From the NCBI GenBank assembly GCA_038128265.1, contig JAYPJE010000007.1:8384-72383 (forward strand): a stretch of 64,000 nucleotides of DNA. Direction: 5' to 3'. Origin of the DNA: Gemmatimonadota bacterium (lineage in GTDB: Bacteria; Latescibacterota; UBA2968; UBA8231). Of this stretch, positions 51,858 to 61,874 are shown one piece after another (position 1 is the first letter of the stretch; each line of letters opens with the position of its first letter). Under the pieces are notes generated by a model that worked only from the letters and a program-made list of their open reading frames with translations, was not told the DNA's origin and did no database searches. Position numbers and translations under genes: made by a program.

Positions 51858-54800
51858 GTGAAAACACCCCCAAAGGTGAATATTAGCCAAAAAGCACGGT
51901 TCTTGGCGTTGGTTGGCCTTTTGACACTTGCCACCCAGGTCGATGCGCAGCGCCATCCGGAATCGCAGGGTCCCTTGCCCTATTATCGCGATGAACCGGG
52001 CGTTCTGCCGGAGCCCGAATGGCTGCATCGTCCCGAATTCATCCGCGGACCGCGCGATCGCTATGAGCGCGGTGCCAATCGTCTTTTTTTGGCCACCGGC
52101 GACGACATTCCCTATCTGAACTACGCCGAAGAGCGTTTTATTCTCTCGCAGCGAGAGCTGATTCCCTGGTTTCAGCCCAAGGGCCGTCCCTGGAAGTTCC
52201 GCAATACGCGCTGGGACCGCATGGGCAATTATATGGGATCCCCCTCGAGCACCTCTTCGCCGGCCAGCGGTTATTTGCGGCTGTTTTCTTGGGAAGAGAC
52301 TCGCAGCGACGACAACGGTTTAGGGCGCAGTTTTATCGACCATCGCTCGCCTTCGCCGTGGGGGCCACCTGCCGGATATAACGACGCCACTCTGCGCATA
52401 GGTCACTACAACTACAAGGATTTACACTGGACGGCTACCGTCGGTCAGAGTGTGCGCAGCTATTTTACGCCGCTCACGCTGGCACAAAGCCACCTCTCCG
52501 TTGCGCGCTTGGACTTCGACAATAAGTTCGGCAAAGATCGCGCCACAATCCTGCTCAACAGGGGGCGAACGCGCCCAGGTGGTCTTTTCTCCGAATGGGC
52601 TTCGGTCGGTGGAGAGACTGAAGACGCCAATCCAGTCCTCATGTACGGCCTGCATTACAAGCATCGATTTGGCCGCTACGCCCAGTTCGGAACGACGGTC
52701 CTCAACCAGATTTTGAACCAGCCCGGATCCGGCAGCAGCAGCCCCCTTAAGGGAGATCTTCCCTACGACATGCTCGGTCCGCGCGTTATTCGCGTATTTA
52801 TTGGCGACGACTCTCCCAAAGAAACCCTGCACAATGCCAAGGTCTACGGCGTTGACATCGTCGTTCGCGGCACTCGCGAAGACCAGTCGGTGACTCTAAG
52901 CAACAGACAGGGAGAATTTTACGACCCGAGCCTAGAGCCCGTAATAGTGGGGGGGCGGTTGTTGAGTGGAGAGGGGCGCGAGGCTGTAGGCCGTGAAACG
53001 GTCATCTACGAGTTCACTATCCCGAGTGATATAACTGCGACGTCGGCCCGTTTCTTTGCCGATGTTTCTGACGACTACCGCATTGGCGTTCGCCAGATCT
53101 ACGATTTTCCCGGGATTAACCGCTCGGGTGAGCTCGATCTGGAAGAACGGGTATGGCCCGACGACTTTGTCGTTACCGAAGCCGTTACGCGCCGCCCCTT
53201 CAAATGGGATATTGGGGAGGGAGAAGAGCCCTACTACACGGTGGCCCGTTCGGATGGCATTGGGAAAAACGGATCAAACCGGCGGGTTGTGCAGTTTGAT
53301 CACGGGATGCCCACGGGGCAGAACCTGTTCTCGTTTGACGCACAGGCCAATCTAGTCGGCCTGAAATTCAGCGGTGAAATTGTTCGTAACAACCAGAACT
53401 TCATCTACCCAGTAGGAAGCAACGACGGTCGACGGACGACGCACAAGGCGCTGGCCTATTGGCTCAACGTCAAAAAAGACATTGGGATCGCCAAGCGTTT
53501 GGGTGCGCAACTGGGTGCTGAAGTTTTTCGCTTAGATCCCAACTACAGCGGAGGTTATGACAGCCAGCGGGGCGGCATGGCCTTTCACTTGGATTCGCAG
53601 GACAAGCCGGGTGCTCGTGTGAAGTCGGATACGCAAGAGTATGGGCTGGTTGAAGATAACGACGACGACGATCAGTGGCCCGATGACTTTGTAGAGGATA
53701 CGGCCTCGCCTGGACGCCTTTCCTATCCCGGTTGGCCCAACGCATCCGTATACCCCGGCCTGGACGAAAACCTCGACAACATCCCCGACGTTGACCGAAA
53801 CGAGAACTTCGTACCCGATTGGGACGAGGCATTTCTCACGTACGATGTCGACCCGCCAGAATTCGTCTACGGCATTGATTTCAACAACAACGGGATGCCG
53901 GACTTTCGCGAGAACGACGACTTGCCCGACTATCCCTATCGCCGAGATCAAAAGGGGCAGCACTTCTTCCTTCTGCTGGATCGATTGGGCGGCTGGGGCA
54001 ATTCGATTTCTGCGGGCTATTACAAGTCGAACGAAATAGCTGGCGGGACGGAATCCAAGAGCATGTACCTGCGCTACGCTCTCGAGAAGGAGCGCGATGG
54101 TGTGGGCAGTTTGCAGATTAACTTCGATACCAAAATCGTCGAAGACAATATCCAAGACGACAGCTACGTCTATATCGTCCCACCCAACGACGACGACGTT
54201 ATTCCCTGGCTCAACAAGCCGGACCACCACCCCGACGTTGCCGGACGCTACCGCCCGGCAACCCCCGATCCGCTGCGGATGCGCGCTAGCTGGGTAAACA
54301 CCGCGTATATCGACGTAGCTTACATAAAACTTGCCAATATGCGTATTCACAATGCGCTGCTGTGGACGCGCAATAGCATGGCTGAAATTCCCCTTGAAGG
54401 GGGAGCAGAGGGCGAGTTGTTGCAGGCCGAAGACGTGCGCTCTCGCCTCATTTTAATCAACAAGGTCGATCGAACCTGGCTGCTTAAATCGATCGCGCTT
54501 TCGACGAAGTTCAAACACCGCCTGATTTACGAAAACATCGATAGCGAAGAAAATCCGCGCACTTCGGCGTCCGACTTTATTCCCATTGTGATGGGCGAGT
54601 ATGCGCTAACCCCAAAAACTCGCTTGGTGTTGGGCGCTCAGGGCATGCCTTTCCTGCCGATGAAGCACTGGGACCGGGCCAACAAAGACGGCACGTATTC
54701 TCAAACAGACTACGCCTTCATGTATAAGATGCGCTCGGAATACTTTGGTTTCGAAAACGACTTCTTCTTCGGCTATTTGCTCACGGATAGGGAGTATACT

Positions 54801-54863
54801 CGATTGCGCGACCGCGACTTTAACCGCGGAACGTTTTTCGTCGAAGTCATAACGCCATTCTAA
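51858..54863 (+). CDS. Large predicted outer-membrane protein A (about 1001 aa) with acidic Ca-binding-like insert; paralog of 58899-61829
   Basis: GTG at 51858 has GGGGAG 6 nt upstream. The signal peptide is ..KARFLALVGLLTLATQVDAQ. The sequence is beta-rich and aromatic-rich throughout. The C-terminus GTFFVEVITPF ends in Phe, an OMP beta-signal-like feature. Collinear motif matches to the paralog are listed in the findings. Confidence 0.65.
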   Translation: MKTPPKVNISQKARFLALVGLLTLATQVDAQRHPESQGPLPYYRDEPGVLPEPEWLHRPEFIRGPRDRYERGANRLFLATGDDIPYLNYAEERFILSQRELIPWFQPKGRPWKFRNTRWDRMGNYMGSPSSTSSPASGYLRLFSWEETRSDDNGLGRSFIDHRSPSPWGPPAGYNDATLRIGHYNYKDLHWTATVGQSVRSYFTPLTLAQSHLSVARLDFDNKFGKDRATILLNRGRTRPGGLFSEWASVGGETEDANPVLMYGLHYKHRFGRYAQFGTTVLNQILNQPGSGSSSPLKGDLPYDMLGPRVIRVFIGDDSPKETLHNAKVYGVDIVVRGTREDQSVTLSNRQGEFYDPSLEPVIVGGRLLSGEGREAVGRETVIYEFTIPSDITATSARFFADVSDDYRIGVRQIYDFPGINRSGELDLEERVWPDDFVVTEAVTRRPFKWDIGEGEEPYYTVARSDGIGKNGSNRRVVQFDHGMPTGQNLFSFDAQANLVGLKFSGEIVRNNQNFIYPVGSNDGRRTTHKALAYWLNVKKDIGIAKRLGAQLGAEVFRLDPNYSGGYDSQRGGMAFHLDSQDKPGARVKSDTQEYGLVEDNDDDDQWPDDFVEDTASPGRLSYPGWPNASVYPGLDENLDNIPDVDRNENFVPDWDEAFLTYDVDPPEFVYGIDFNNNGMPDFRENDDLPDYPYRRDQKGQHFFLLLDRLGGWGNSISAGYYKSNEIAGGTESKSMYLRYALEKERDGVGSLQINFDTKIVEDNIQDDSYVYIVPPNDDDVIPWLNKPDHHPDVAGRYRPATPDPLRMRASWVNTAYIDVAYIKLANMRIHNALLWTRNSMAEIPLEGGAEGELLQAEDVRSRLILINKVDRTWLLKSIALSTKFKHRLIYENIDSEENPRTSASDFIPIVMGEYALTPKTRLVLGAQGMPFLPMKHWDRANKDGTYSQTDYAFMYKMRSEYFGFENDFFFGYLLTDREYTRLRDRDFNRGTFFVEVITPF

Positions 54864-54865
54864 TC

Positions 54866-55630
54866 ATGGTGAATGCAATGCCATTGCTGAACTATACTGG
54901 CATACTCGCGGCCTTGGTGGTTGCGGGATGCTCGCTTCCACCGCAGCCGGTCCTGAAGTACCAGGTGCAGGCTACGCCCATTATTCCCTCGGGTGAATCG
55001 GTTTTTTACCAAGACCCGGTGGACAGCACCATCGTTTGGAGCAAAGAGGGGCTGCAGCTCAAGGTTAGGTTTTACAACGACGAAATGCTGGATGCTCGTT
55101 TTGACCCCAAAGTCAGCCCCTATACGCTTACCGGCTGGAGCGATCCGGTTTTGGGCTATACGCCGCCCCTGTGGACGACCTTTGAGATCACGGTGATAAA
55201 CCGCACGCGCGAACGCGTGGAACTCGATCCTACGCAGGCTATACTGCGGCTTGATAATGGGAACCATCTCTATTGCCGTCAGGGCGTCGGCGTGTGGAAG
55301 ACGCTGCCTCACTACTACGACTACAGCTATCTAAAGTGGAGTGGCCGCGAGGGCAACGTCGAGTTCTATGCCAACACCGACCGCAACGCCATCTGGAATC
55401 GCACGGCGTTTCAGCGCGAAAAACCCGTTCGCAAAGGTCGAAAATATACCGGCATGCTGACCTTTCCCCGCCTGCCCAACGACGTTGAGTCGTTTACCTT
55501 GGAAATCAACGACTTCATCCTGGCCTATGACAGCGCCGAGGCTGGGTTTGGAAATCCAATAGAGTTCACTGATATACACTTTGACTTTACCGTGAAGCAG
55601 GGGGTAGTCACCGTGGAGAGGAGTCGCTAA
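54866..55630 (+). CDS. Hypothetical lipoprotein (254 aa)
   Basis: The lipobox is in ILAALVVAGCS. The rest is beta-rich. It starts 2 nt after the upstream stop. An alternative ATG lies at 54878. Confidence 0.6.
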   Translation: MVNAMPLLNYTGILAALVVAGCSLPPQPVLKYQVQATPIIPSGESVFYQDPVDSTIVWSKEGLQLKVRFYNDEMLDARFDPKVSPYTLTGWSDPVLGYTPPLWTTFEITVINRTRERVELDPTQAILRLDNGNHLYCRQGVGVWKTLPHYYDYSYLKWSGREGNVEFYANTDRNAIWNRTAFQREKPVRKGRKYTGMLTFPRLPNDVESFTLEINDFILAYDSAEAGFGNPIEFTDIHFDFTVKQGVVTVERSR

Positions 55631-56299
55631 ATGAGGGCGTCTGCTCGATACATGCGTGCATTTGCAGCCCTATGTGCCATGACGGCGATCGTTGGCTGCG
55701 GGAATCTGAAATACCAAGCTCTTAAAGGCACCAGCGTCGAGAATCCGCCGCAGACGCCGGTGAAGGTCTACGTAAAGGAGTTCCCCGTTACCAGTAAGGC
55801 CAACGTAATTGATCCCAACGCCGCGCTGGGTGATGGCGGCTATGGGGGGGGCGGTCGATCCATTAACGCGCTAGCCGAGGTGGGCAATGCCATCATGGTC
55901 ATATCCAGGCCATCGCGCATCGAAGATCTGACCCGTTCCCTGCTGCGCGAGCTGCGCCCACAGGAGCTGCGCGTCTTCACCGAGTACGATCGCGTCACAG
56001 ATCTTAATGGCGTGCGCAGCATTGCCAACCCGTTTGTCCTCGTGCCGCCGGAGGACGAGGCGGCGCAGCTGGAGATTAGCGGTTCCGTCTATTTGCTGAG
56101 CGAGCGCGTCGAACAGCGATTCTCGCAAAATAGCAGCAGTGCTCGCGTAGAGCTTGTAGTACGGGATATTGCCAGCGGGGAAGAAGTGCGCCTGCCGCCT
56201 ACAGCCGCTGGCATAAGCATGACCTATAACTCGAAAGAGTTGGAAGAGGCGATCGCCATTTTTATTTCCACGCTGCTGACCCAAAAGACGCTCTTTTGA
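55631..56299 (+). CDS. Hypothetical lipoprotein (222 aa)
   Basis: A GGAGAGGAG SD is present. The lipobox is in AMTAIVGCG. It starts directly after the upstream TAA. A Gly-rich loop GDGGYGGGGRS is present. Confidence 0.6.
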   Translation: MRASARYMRAFAALCAMTAIVGCGNLKYQALKGTSVENPPQTPVKVYVKEFPVTSKANVIDPNAALGDGGYGGGGRSINALAEVGNAIMVISRPSRIEDLTRSLLRELRPQELRVFTEYDRVTDLNGVRSIANPFVLVPPEDEAAQLEISGSVYLLSERVEQRFSQNSSSARVELVVRDIASGEEVRLPPTAAGISMTYNSKELEEAIAIFISTLLTQKTLF

Positions 56300-56300
56300 G

Positions 56301-57953
56301 GTGGTGAGGAAGAGTGCCTTGGTTGCAATGGTAACTATGCTGACTGCGCATGCCGATGGAGCGGATGCTGCAAGCCAAACGGAGACTTGGCGCTGGGGCG
56401 GCGCCGATGCGGATGTCTTGGAGTTGGAGCATACGAGCGTCGATGCCGGTCGCGGGGTCGTATTGGCTGCGCTGTCGCCAGATAAAAACATCGCGCTAGG
56501 CACGGTGGCGCGAAACGATTTTGGCCAGCGCGAACCCCTCACGGACGGGGAAATCTCTCTGGTTGCCAGCGAGTGGATATCGAATACGCCAAACGTATTC
56601 GGCCGATATTTTACCGTTGACCTTGGTGTCAATCGGGCGATTACCCGCGTGCGGGTGCGGCCCGGCCAGACTGCAATTAATCAGCCAGAATACTACATCC
56701 GCGGATATAGAGTGGAAGCGGCTTTGGAAAACGACCCGGATATTTGGCGCCTGCTCGCCGAAGAACGCACCAACTTCAATCTGCTGATTGACACGGATGC
56801 AGACTCGACCTGGGTTGTGGAAGCCAACGGTCAGCCCGCGTCGCGTCTCGGACGGCACGTGCGCTTCACCATAACGCGTCAAGACCGCAGCAATTGGGTC
56901 GCTGTGGGCGATATTGAGGTATTCGGCGAGGGCGTTGAGTCTACGGGCACGGCACAGCACACTTGGTCGCCGCCGGGCCCGGTCAACGTGGGGCGTATAC
57001 GATGGCAGAGCGATGACCGTGCCGGGGGCTTCACATTGTCAGCTAAAGGGGGCGAGGAGCCGTGGTCTTCCGTGCTTCCGCTAGAACCGAATCGTTCTTT
57101 TGCAGGGGCTGAGCCGATTGATTCGCTGCAGCTGCTGGCCGAGCTGTCGACCAAAGACCCATTTTCAACGCCCGTTTGGCAGACATTGGAAGTCGAGTTT
57201 GATGCGCGCCTAATTGCCGATGGGGCACTGGGAGCAGTCGAACCGAATGCGGTGCCACGAGGCGAGTTGGCCCAGATTACCTACAGCATTGAACTGGATC
57301 TGAGCGCGGAAAACTACGGTGTCGATAGAGTGCTCTTGGATGGCGTTGCGCTGGCCGTCGATGCGCTGCGCGTGGATGGCGTTCCATTAGATGGGAACGA
57401 CTACAGTTACAGTGCCAGCGATGAGTTTGGACAGACTGAGATCCGACTCAACCGTGCCATCACAAACTCGCAGACGGCGCTCCTGCAAATAGGGGGGCGT
57501 GCACTCTTTCTGAACGAAGTAACGGATATTGGTTTCCGCGTCGGCAACTCGCTGCAAGAAGAGGCCGATGGCTATATCAACTGGCAAAATGGTCGGCAGA
57601 GTCCAAGCGCCAGTTGGCGCGTGCGTGCACAGGGGGCGCCGGGGGAATTGGTAGGGGCCGTCGCCCTTTCCGAACGGCCTTTTTCACCCTACGACAGCGA
57701 GGCGCTGACGTTCAAGTTTATCGTATCCAACTTGAACAATCCAACCGACGTTGTCCTTTCGCTCTACCGGTTGAACGGTGTTCGAGTCCGACAAATGCGG
57801 CAAAACGGGGGGGCGCGCCCATACGAATTTCGCTGGGATGGAAGGGATGAGGGAGATCGAATAGTAGACCCCGGCCTCTACTTATACGAAGTGAGCGTTG
57901 CAGGCAGCAGTGCTAAAAGTGGGCGGCGAGGAACATGCGTTGTCGCGTATTAA
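56301..57953 (+). CDS. Secreted protein with discoidin (F5/8 type C)-like domain and C-terminal FlgD-Ig / T9SS-CTD-like domain
   Basis: YFTVDLGVNRAITRVRVRPG...YYIRGYRVEAALENDPDIWRLL...HVRFTITRQDRSNWVAVGDIEVFGEG fits the discoidin pattern. The C-terminal DVVLSLYRLNGVRVRQMRQNGGARPYEFRWDGRDEGDRIVDPGLYLYEVSV fits the FlgD_ig / Por-tail pattern. Confidence 0.7.
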   Translation: MVRKSALVAMVTMLTAHADGADAASQTETWRWGGADADVLELEHTSVDAGRGVVLAALSPDKNIALGTVARNDFGQREPLTDGEISLVASEWISNTPNVFGRYFTVDLGVNRAITRVRVRPGQTAINQPEYYIRGYRVEAALENDPDIWRLLAEERTNFNLLIDTDADSTWVVEANGQPASRLGRHVRFTITRQDRSNWVAVGDIEVFGEGVESTGTAQHTWSPPGPVNVGRIRWQSDDRAGGFTLSAKGGEEPWSSVLPLEPNRSFAGAEPIDSLQLLAELSTKDPFSTPVWQTLEVEFDARLIADGALGAVEPNAVPRGELAQITYSIELDLSAENYGVDRVLLDGVALAVDALRVDGVPLDGNDYSYSASDEFGQTEIRLNRAITNSQTALLQIGGRALFLNEVTDIGFRVGNSLQEEADGYINWQNGRQSPSASWRVRAQGAPGELVGAVALSERPFSPYDSEALTFKFIVSNLNNPTDVVLSLYRLNGVRVRQMRQNGGARPYEFRWDGRDEGDRIVDPGLYLYEVSVAGSSAKSGRRGTCVVAY

Positions 57954-58803
57954 AGGCTGGGTTTGGTTTTGTTGCTGTTTGGGAGGGGGATGGGCTTGGC
58001 CGGCGGTGGCGGCCTTTGAAATTGGTGCCGGAGCGCATGCAACCGCCCTCGGAAATGCATTTTCGGCAGGGGTAGAATCGGCCGAAGCGATTTGGTTTAA
58101 CCCTGCAGCGTCGGCGCGGTTGCGCTTGCCGCGCGTAGCCGTAACGCACGGTGTGCTTTTTGCCGGCCTTGGCGAGAGCCCCAGCATTAGCTCGGCAGCG
58201 GGTGTTTGGCCAAGGAACTGGGGCGTGCTGCAGGCGGGGTTTTCGGGTCTTCGTGCCGAGAATTGGACGGAGAGCCAATGGCTGATGGGATACGGTCGCG
58301 TGCTGCATCCTCGACTTGCCCTTGGTGCGCAGATGCGAACGGCTGGCTGGAGTTCGGGGCGCTACGGACAGCGCCGCTGGTTGGCCAATATTGGCGCTCT
58401 CTACGAAGCGGGTTGGGTTAGTTCGCGGGCCTACGTTCGCTTTTCGGTTGTAGTGGCTAATGTGGGCCGTGATGTATCCAAGTCAGCCCGCTCGTCGGGA
58501 ATGCCTGAGCGTTTACACACGCTGGGTATGCAGGTGCGTAATGGCACGCGCGCTCTGTTGCTCGACTTGGGTACACAGGGCGGCGATTGGCAGGTGCGCT
58601 GTGGATATGAATCGGTGCTGCGCGCCGAGCTAAAGCTGCGGCTTGGAGCGACGGTGTTGCGTGGCGATACCGTGAGTCGAACCGGGCATGTAGGACTGGG
58701 GTACGAGTGGAAAAACGTGCATTTCGACTATGCGTTTTCGCGTTCGTACGACCTAAATGACTTTGGAGCCGATCACCGATTTGGCATTGGTTATGCCTGG
58801 TGA
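57940..58803 (+). CDS. Small outer-membrane beta-barrel, PorV/PorQ/FadL-like N-terminal motif
   Basis: Contains FEIGAGAHATALGNAFSAGVESAEAIWFNPAA, matching the G.GAr..amGgAf.A.a.Da.A...NPA pattern of FadL/PorV-type barrels. Alternating beta-strand sequence follows. The C-terminus is HRFGIGYAW (terminal aromatic). The start is uncertain: TTG at 57940, or ATG at 57898 in the ORF track. Confidence 0.5.
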   Translation: MSRIKGWVWFCCCLGGGWAWPAVAAFEIGAGAHATALGNAFSAGVESAEAIWFNPAASARLRLPRVAVTHGVLFAGLGESPSISSAAGVWPRNWGVLQAGFSGLRAENWTESQWLMGYGRVLHPRLALGAQMRTAGWSSGRYGQRRWLANIGALYEAGWVSSRAYVRFSVVVANVGRDVSKSARSSGMPERLHTLGMQVRNGTRALLLDLGTQGGDWQVRCGYESVLRAELKLRLGATVLRGDTVSRTGHVGLGYEWKNVHFDYAFSRSYDLNDFGADHRFGIGYAW

Positions 58804-58898
58804 GGTTTCGAACGCAACAAAAAAAAGGATTCGCTGAGCGGAGGCGAACGTCCATGAAAATAGAGCGGTTTTTATACTTCTCGGGTGAGGGAGCAAAT

Positions 58899-61829
58899 AT
58901 GGAGCACGCGAATCGCGGTTATCGCTTGAGGTTACACGTCCTCTGGGTGCTGTGTGCGCTGTTCGCTCTGGGTGATGTCGGGGTTGCGCAAACGCATTTG
59001 CGCGATCGCGACTTTCTCAATCTGGGCTCGACTGAGGGCTATCTCAACTACGGTCGCACGGAGTATGAGCCCTATCCCGAACTCATCAGTGCGCGCAATC
59101 GCTACGATCGACTGGGCAATTTTCAGATGCGCGGCCATAGGACGTTCACATGGGAACTCCAGCGCCCTGGATTTAGCGAAATCAGCACGCGCTCCGAGCA
59201 GTACTTGGGCTGGTTTAACAACCTCATCATCATGAACGATACCTACCGCGGCTGGGATTTTGGCGTCACGGTGGGTGAGGATATCCGCACAAAGCTCACC
59301 GATCTAACGTTCCACGACCCGCGCTACTACGGTATTCGCATGGACGGTGCGTCCGCCGACAACCGCTTTACGCTGCTACTTAGCCAGGGCGGCACGCAGG
59401 CTACGCAGTCGCCGAATCCCAAGTTTTCGACCTTTCAGGGCGGCAAAGAGCGGTCGTCGGTGCTGATGTTCGGTGGTCACTGGGAGACGCAGTTGGGTAA
59501 TATGCTCAAGCTCGGCGCCACCTATTTCAACCATCACATGCTGGACACGTTCAATGATAAGGGCGCCTTTGTCCGCGGAGACACGCCCTATAGCATGCTT
59601 GCTCCTGCGTTTATCACGATTATCGTCGAGGATGATTCGCCCGATGCCGATCAGGTTGGAGCCGTTGTCTACGACATGGGTATAGAGATCCAGGCCGAGT
59701 CGCTGGGCCAGCAAATTCGCCTCAGCAGTATGGAGGGCGATGCCAACTACGATCCCACGTTGAGGCCGACGGTAGAAGGCGGCGTGCTCAATGCGGACGG
59801 TGGACGTCACGTCAGCGGCGACGGTCAGCGCGTGTTCTACACCTTCCGGATGCCTGAGTTTGCTCTGCCAGATGCGGCTGATTACGCCAACGACCCCTCC
59901 GTGGCGTTGAATGGCATTACGGTCAAGTCCGTTCGCTTCCTAGCCGATGTGGCGGGAGACTATAGGATTTCGGTCAAGCAACAGCACCTTTTCTTTAACG
60001 AATCTGCCTACGAGAAGAACCTCGAAAAGGAATATGTCCCAGGCGACAATAGCTACGTCAACCCGTTTACCGGGTTGAAAGGGGATGAGGCCCTACTCAG
60101 CCCGCAAGAGGCCTACGATGCGGGGGAAGACATATTCAAGCAGTGGCCGGTGCCACCCAATCCGTCGATCAGCCAGCTCAACCCCTTTATGCAATTCAAG
60201 TGGAATCTGGAGAACCCGGAAGAGGTTGCCTATACCGTTGTGCGGGCCGAGTCCAACACGACCGATCTGAGCAACCGTCGCGTGGTGACCTTTGACTATG
60301 GTATTCCTACCGGACAGGCGCTATTTGGTCTCAATGGCCATCTGACATTGGGAGGCTTCGACGTCAAGGCCGAGTTCGTGACCAACCCGCAGTATTTTAT
60401 CTATCCCATTGGGAATAATGCCGGCAAGCGCTTTCAGAAGCAGACTCTGGCGTACTTTGTCAATGCGGTCAAGCGATATGAGTCGCTGTCTTTTGGTATC
60501 GAACTCTTTCAGCTCGACCCAGACTACGGCGGCAACTACGATAGCATTCGCGGCGGCGTCCCCTTCTTCACTGACGTGGCGCAAACCGGTTCGCAAATGC
60601 AGGAAATGTTCGTCATGACCGACAACGACGACAACGATCAGTGGCCCGACGAGCTGATCGTCGAATTGCCCAGCGCCGACCGCCAAGACTCGGGCGTTTT
60701 TCCCGGCCTGGACGAAAACCAGGACCTAGTGCCCGATACGGACCAGAACCTCAACGGAATCGCCGACTGGACCGAGCCGATTATTTTCTACGATGCCGAC
60801 CCCCCAGACTTTGTCTACGGGCTGGATTTCAACAACAACGGCGTGGTAGACTTTCGCGAAAACGATGGGTTGCCCGACTATCCCTACCGGCGAGACCGTC
60901 GCGGCTTTCACGTATTTTCGCGCAAGGATGGCCTTGGTCTATTTGGTAAGACCCTCTCTTTGGGCTATTACGATACGAAGGAAGTGGCTGGACGGGGCAG
61001 GGCCAAAGCGATCTATGCCCGCTACGAATACAGCATCAACTCTCCCTATTTGGGGCGTATTCGCATCAACGACGATATCAAGCGCGTAGAAGACAGCATT
61101 CGCGATGATGTCTATATCTGGCGCGATCGCAGCGTGCAGCGCATCGACTCGCCCTATCCGCACATTACGCCGCGCCAAATCGAGGAACGCGATCTCAACT
61201 CCCAGCTGCTACCGCCGGACAGGGATCCTTTGCTCATGCGCAATAGCCTGGTCAACACGCTGTTTATCGAGGCGCGCACGAGTCCGATTGTCGACTTCAA
61301 TCTGATCAATAACATCCAGTGGGTGCGCAATAGCCAGGCAGCCGACGAGTTTGATGATGGCGTCGTGCAGGACGAGGACGTCCGCTCGCTTATCACTATG
61401 GTCAACAAAGTCGACTATACGATTCGAGCTGGAAATGTCACGGTTAAACCGATGTTCAAGCATTTGCTCCTGCGCGAACACTCGCAAAAGCTCGATCGCG
61501 ACCAGGGGCAGGGAAGCACGCGCTCATTCTCCATTTTTACGCCGATCCTACGCACGCGTCTCGATTTGACCAATAAATCGAATCTCCAGTTGGGATTTCA
61601 GGGTTTGCCCTTCTGGCGCTATACCAAGACGGACCGCGTCGACAGCAGCCAAGACTTCAAAGAGTGGACCACCGTGTTTATGCTGACCAACCGCTCGGAT
61701 TATTATGGTTTTGCGCTGTCGACTCAGATTGGCTGGGAGACGACGCGTCGCGAATACGATGACGAGATCAACTCGGCTCTCAATCGCAACAGCTCAACGC
61801 TGTTTTTCGACGTGCTCGCCGGTTTCTAA
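58899..61829 (+). CDS. Large predicted outer-membrane protein B (about 976 aa) with acidic Ca-binding-like insert; paralog of 51858-54863
   Basis: ATG at 58899 has GAGGGAG 5 nt upstream. Signal peptide MEHANRGYRLRLHVLWVLCALFALGDVGVAQ. The C-terminus is STLFFDVLAGF. Alternative starts are GTG 58800 (GTGA overlap) and ATG 58854. Confidence 0.65.
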   Translation: MEHANRGYRLRLHVLWVLCALFALGDVGVAQTHLRDRDFLNLGSTEGYLNYGRTEYEPYPELISARNRYDRLGNFQMRGHRTFTWELQRPGFSEISTRSEQYLGWFNNLIIMNDTYRGWDFGVTVGEDIRTKLTDLTFHDPRYYGIRMDGASADNRFTLLLSQGGTQATQSPNPKFSTFQGGKERSSVLMFGGHWETQLGNMLKLGATYFNHHMLDTFNDKGAFVRGDTPYSMLAPAFITIIVEDDSPDADQVGAVVYDMGIEIQAESLGQQIRLSSMEGDANYDPTLRPTVEGGVLNADGGRHVSGDGQRVFYTFRMPEFALPDAADYANDPSVALNGITVKSVRFLADVAGDYRISVKQQHLFFNESAYEKNLEKEYVPGDNSYVNPFTGLKGDEALLSPQEAYDAGEDIFKQWPVPPNPSISQLNPFMQFKWNLENPEEVAYTVVRAESNTTDLSNRRVVTFDYGIPTGQALFGLNGHLTLGGFDVKAEFVTNPQYFIYPIGNNAGKRFQKQTLAYFVNAVKRYESLSFGIELFQLDPDYGGNYDSIRGGVPFFTDVAQTGSQMQEMFVMTDNDDNDQWPDELIVELPSADRQDSGVFPGLDENQDLVPDTDQNLNGIADWTEPIIFYDADPPDFVYGLDFNNNGVVDFRENDGLPDYPYRRDRRGFHVFSRKDGLGLFGKTLSLGYYDTKEVAGRGRAKAIYARYEYSINSPYLGRIRINDDIKRVEDSIRDDVYIWRDRSVQRIDSPYPHITPRQIEERDLNSQLLPPDRDPLLMRNSLVNTLFIEARTSPIVDFNLINNIQWVRNSQAADEFDDGVVQDEDVRSLITMVNKVDYTIRAGNVTVKPMFKHLLLREHSQKLDRDQGQGSTRSFSIFTPILRTRLDLTNKSNLQLGFQGLPFWRYTKTDRVDSSQDFKEWTTVFMLTNRSDYYGFALSTQIGWETTRREYDDEINSALNRNSSTLFFDVLAGF

Positions 61830-61874
61830 AAGGGCTCAGCCACTTAGGACGCACAACGAACTAAGGATCCAACT

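Noticed and set aside
51858-61829. Idea that the two roughly 1000-aa barrels are the two halves of a split SprA (T9SS translocon).
   Set aside because: They are paralogs of each other, collinear over their whole length, rather than complementary N- and C-halves. I recognise no SprA-specific sequence. The idea is kept only as a loose analogy in the main finding.
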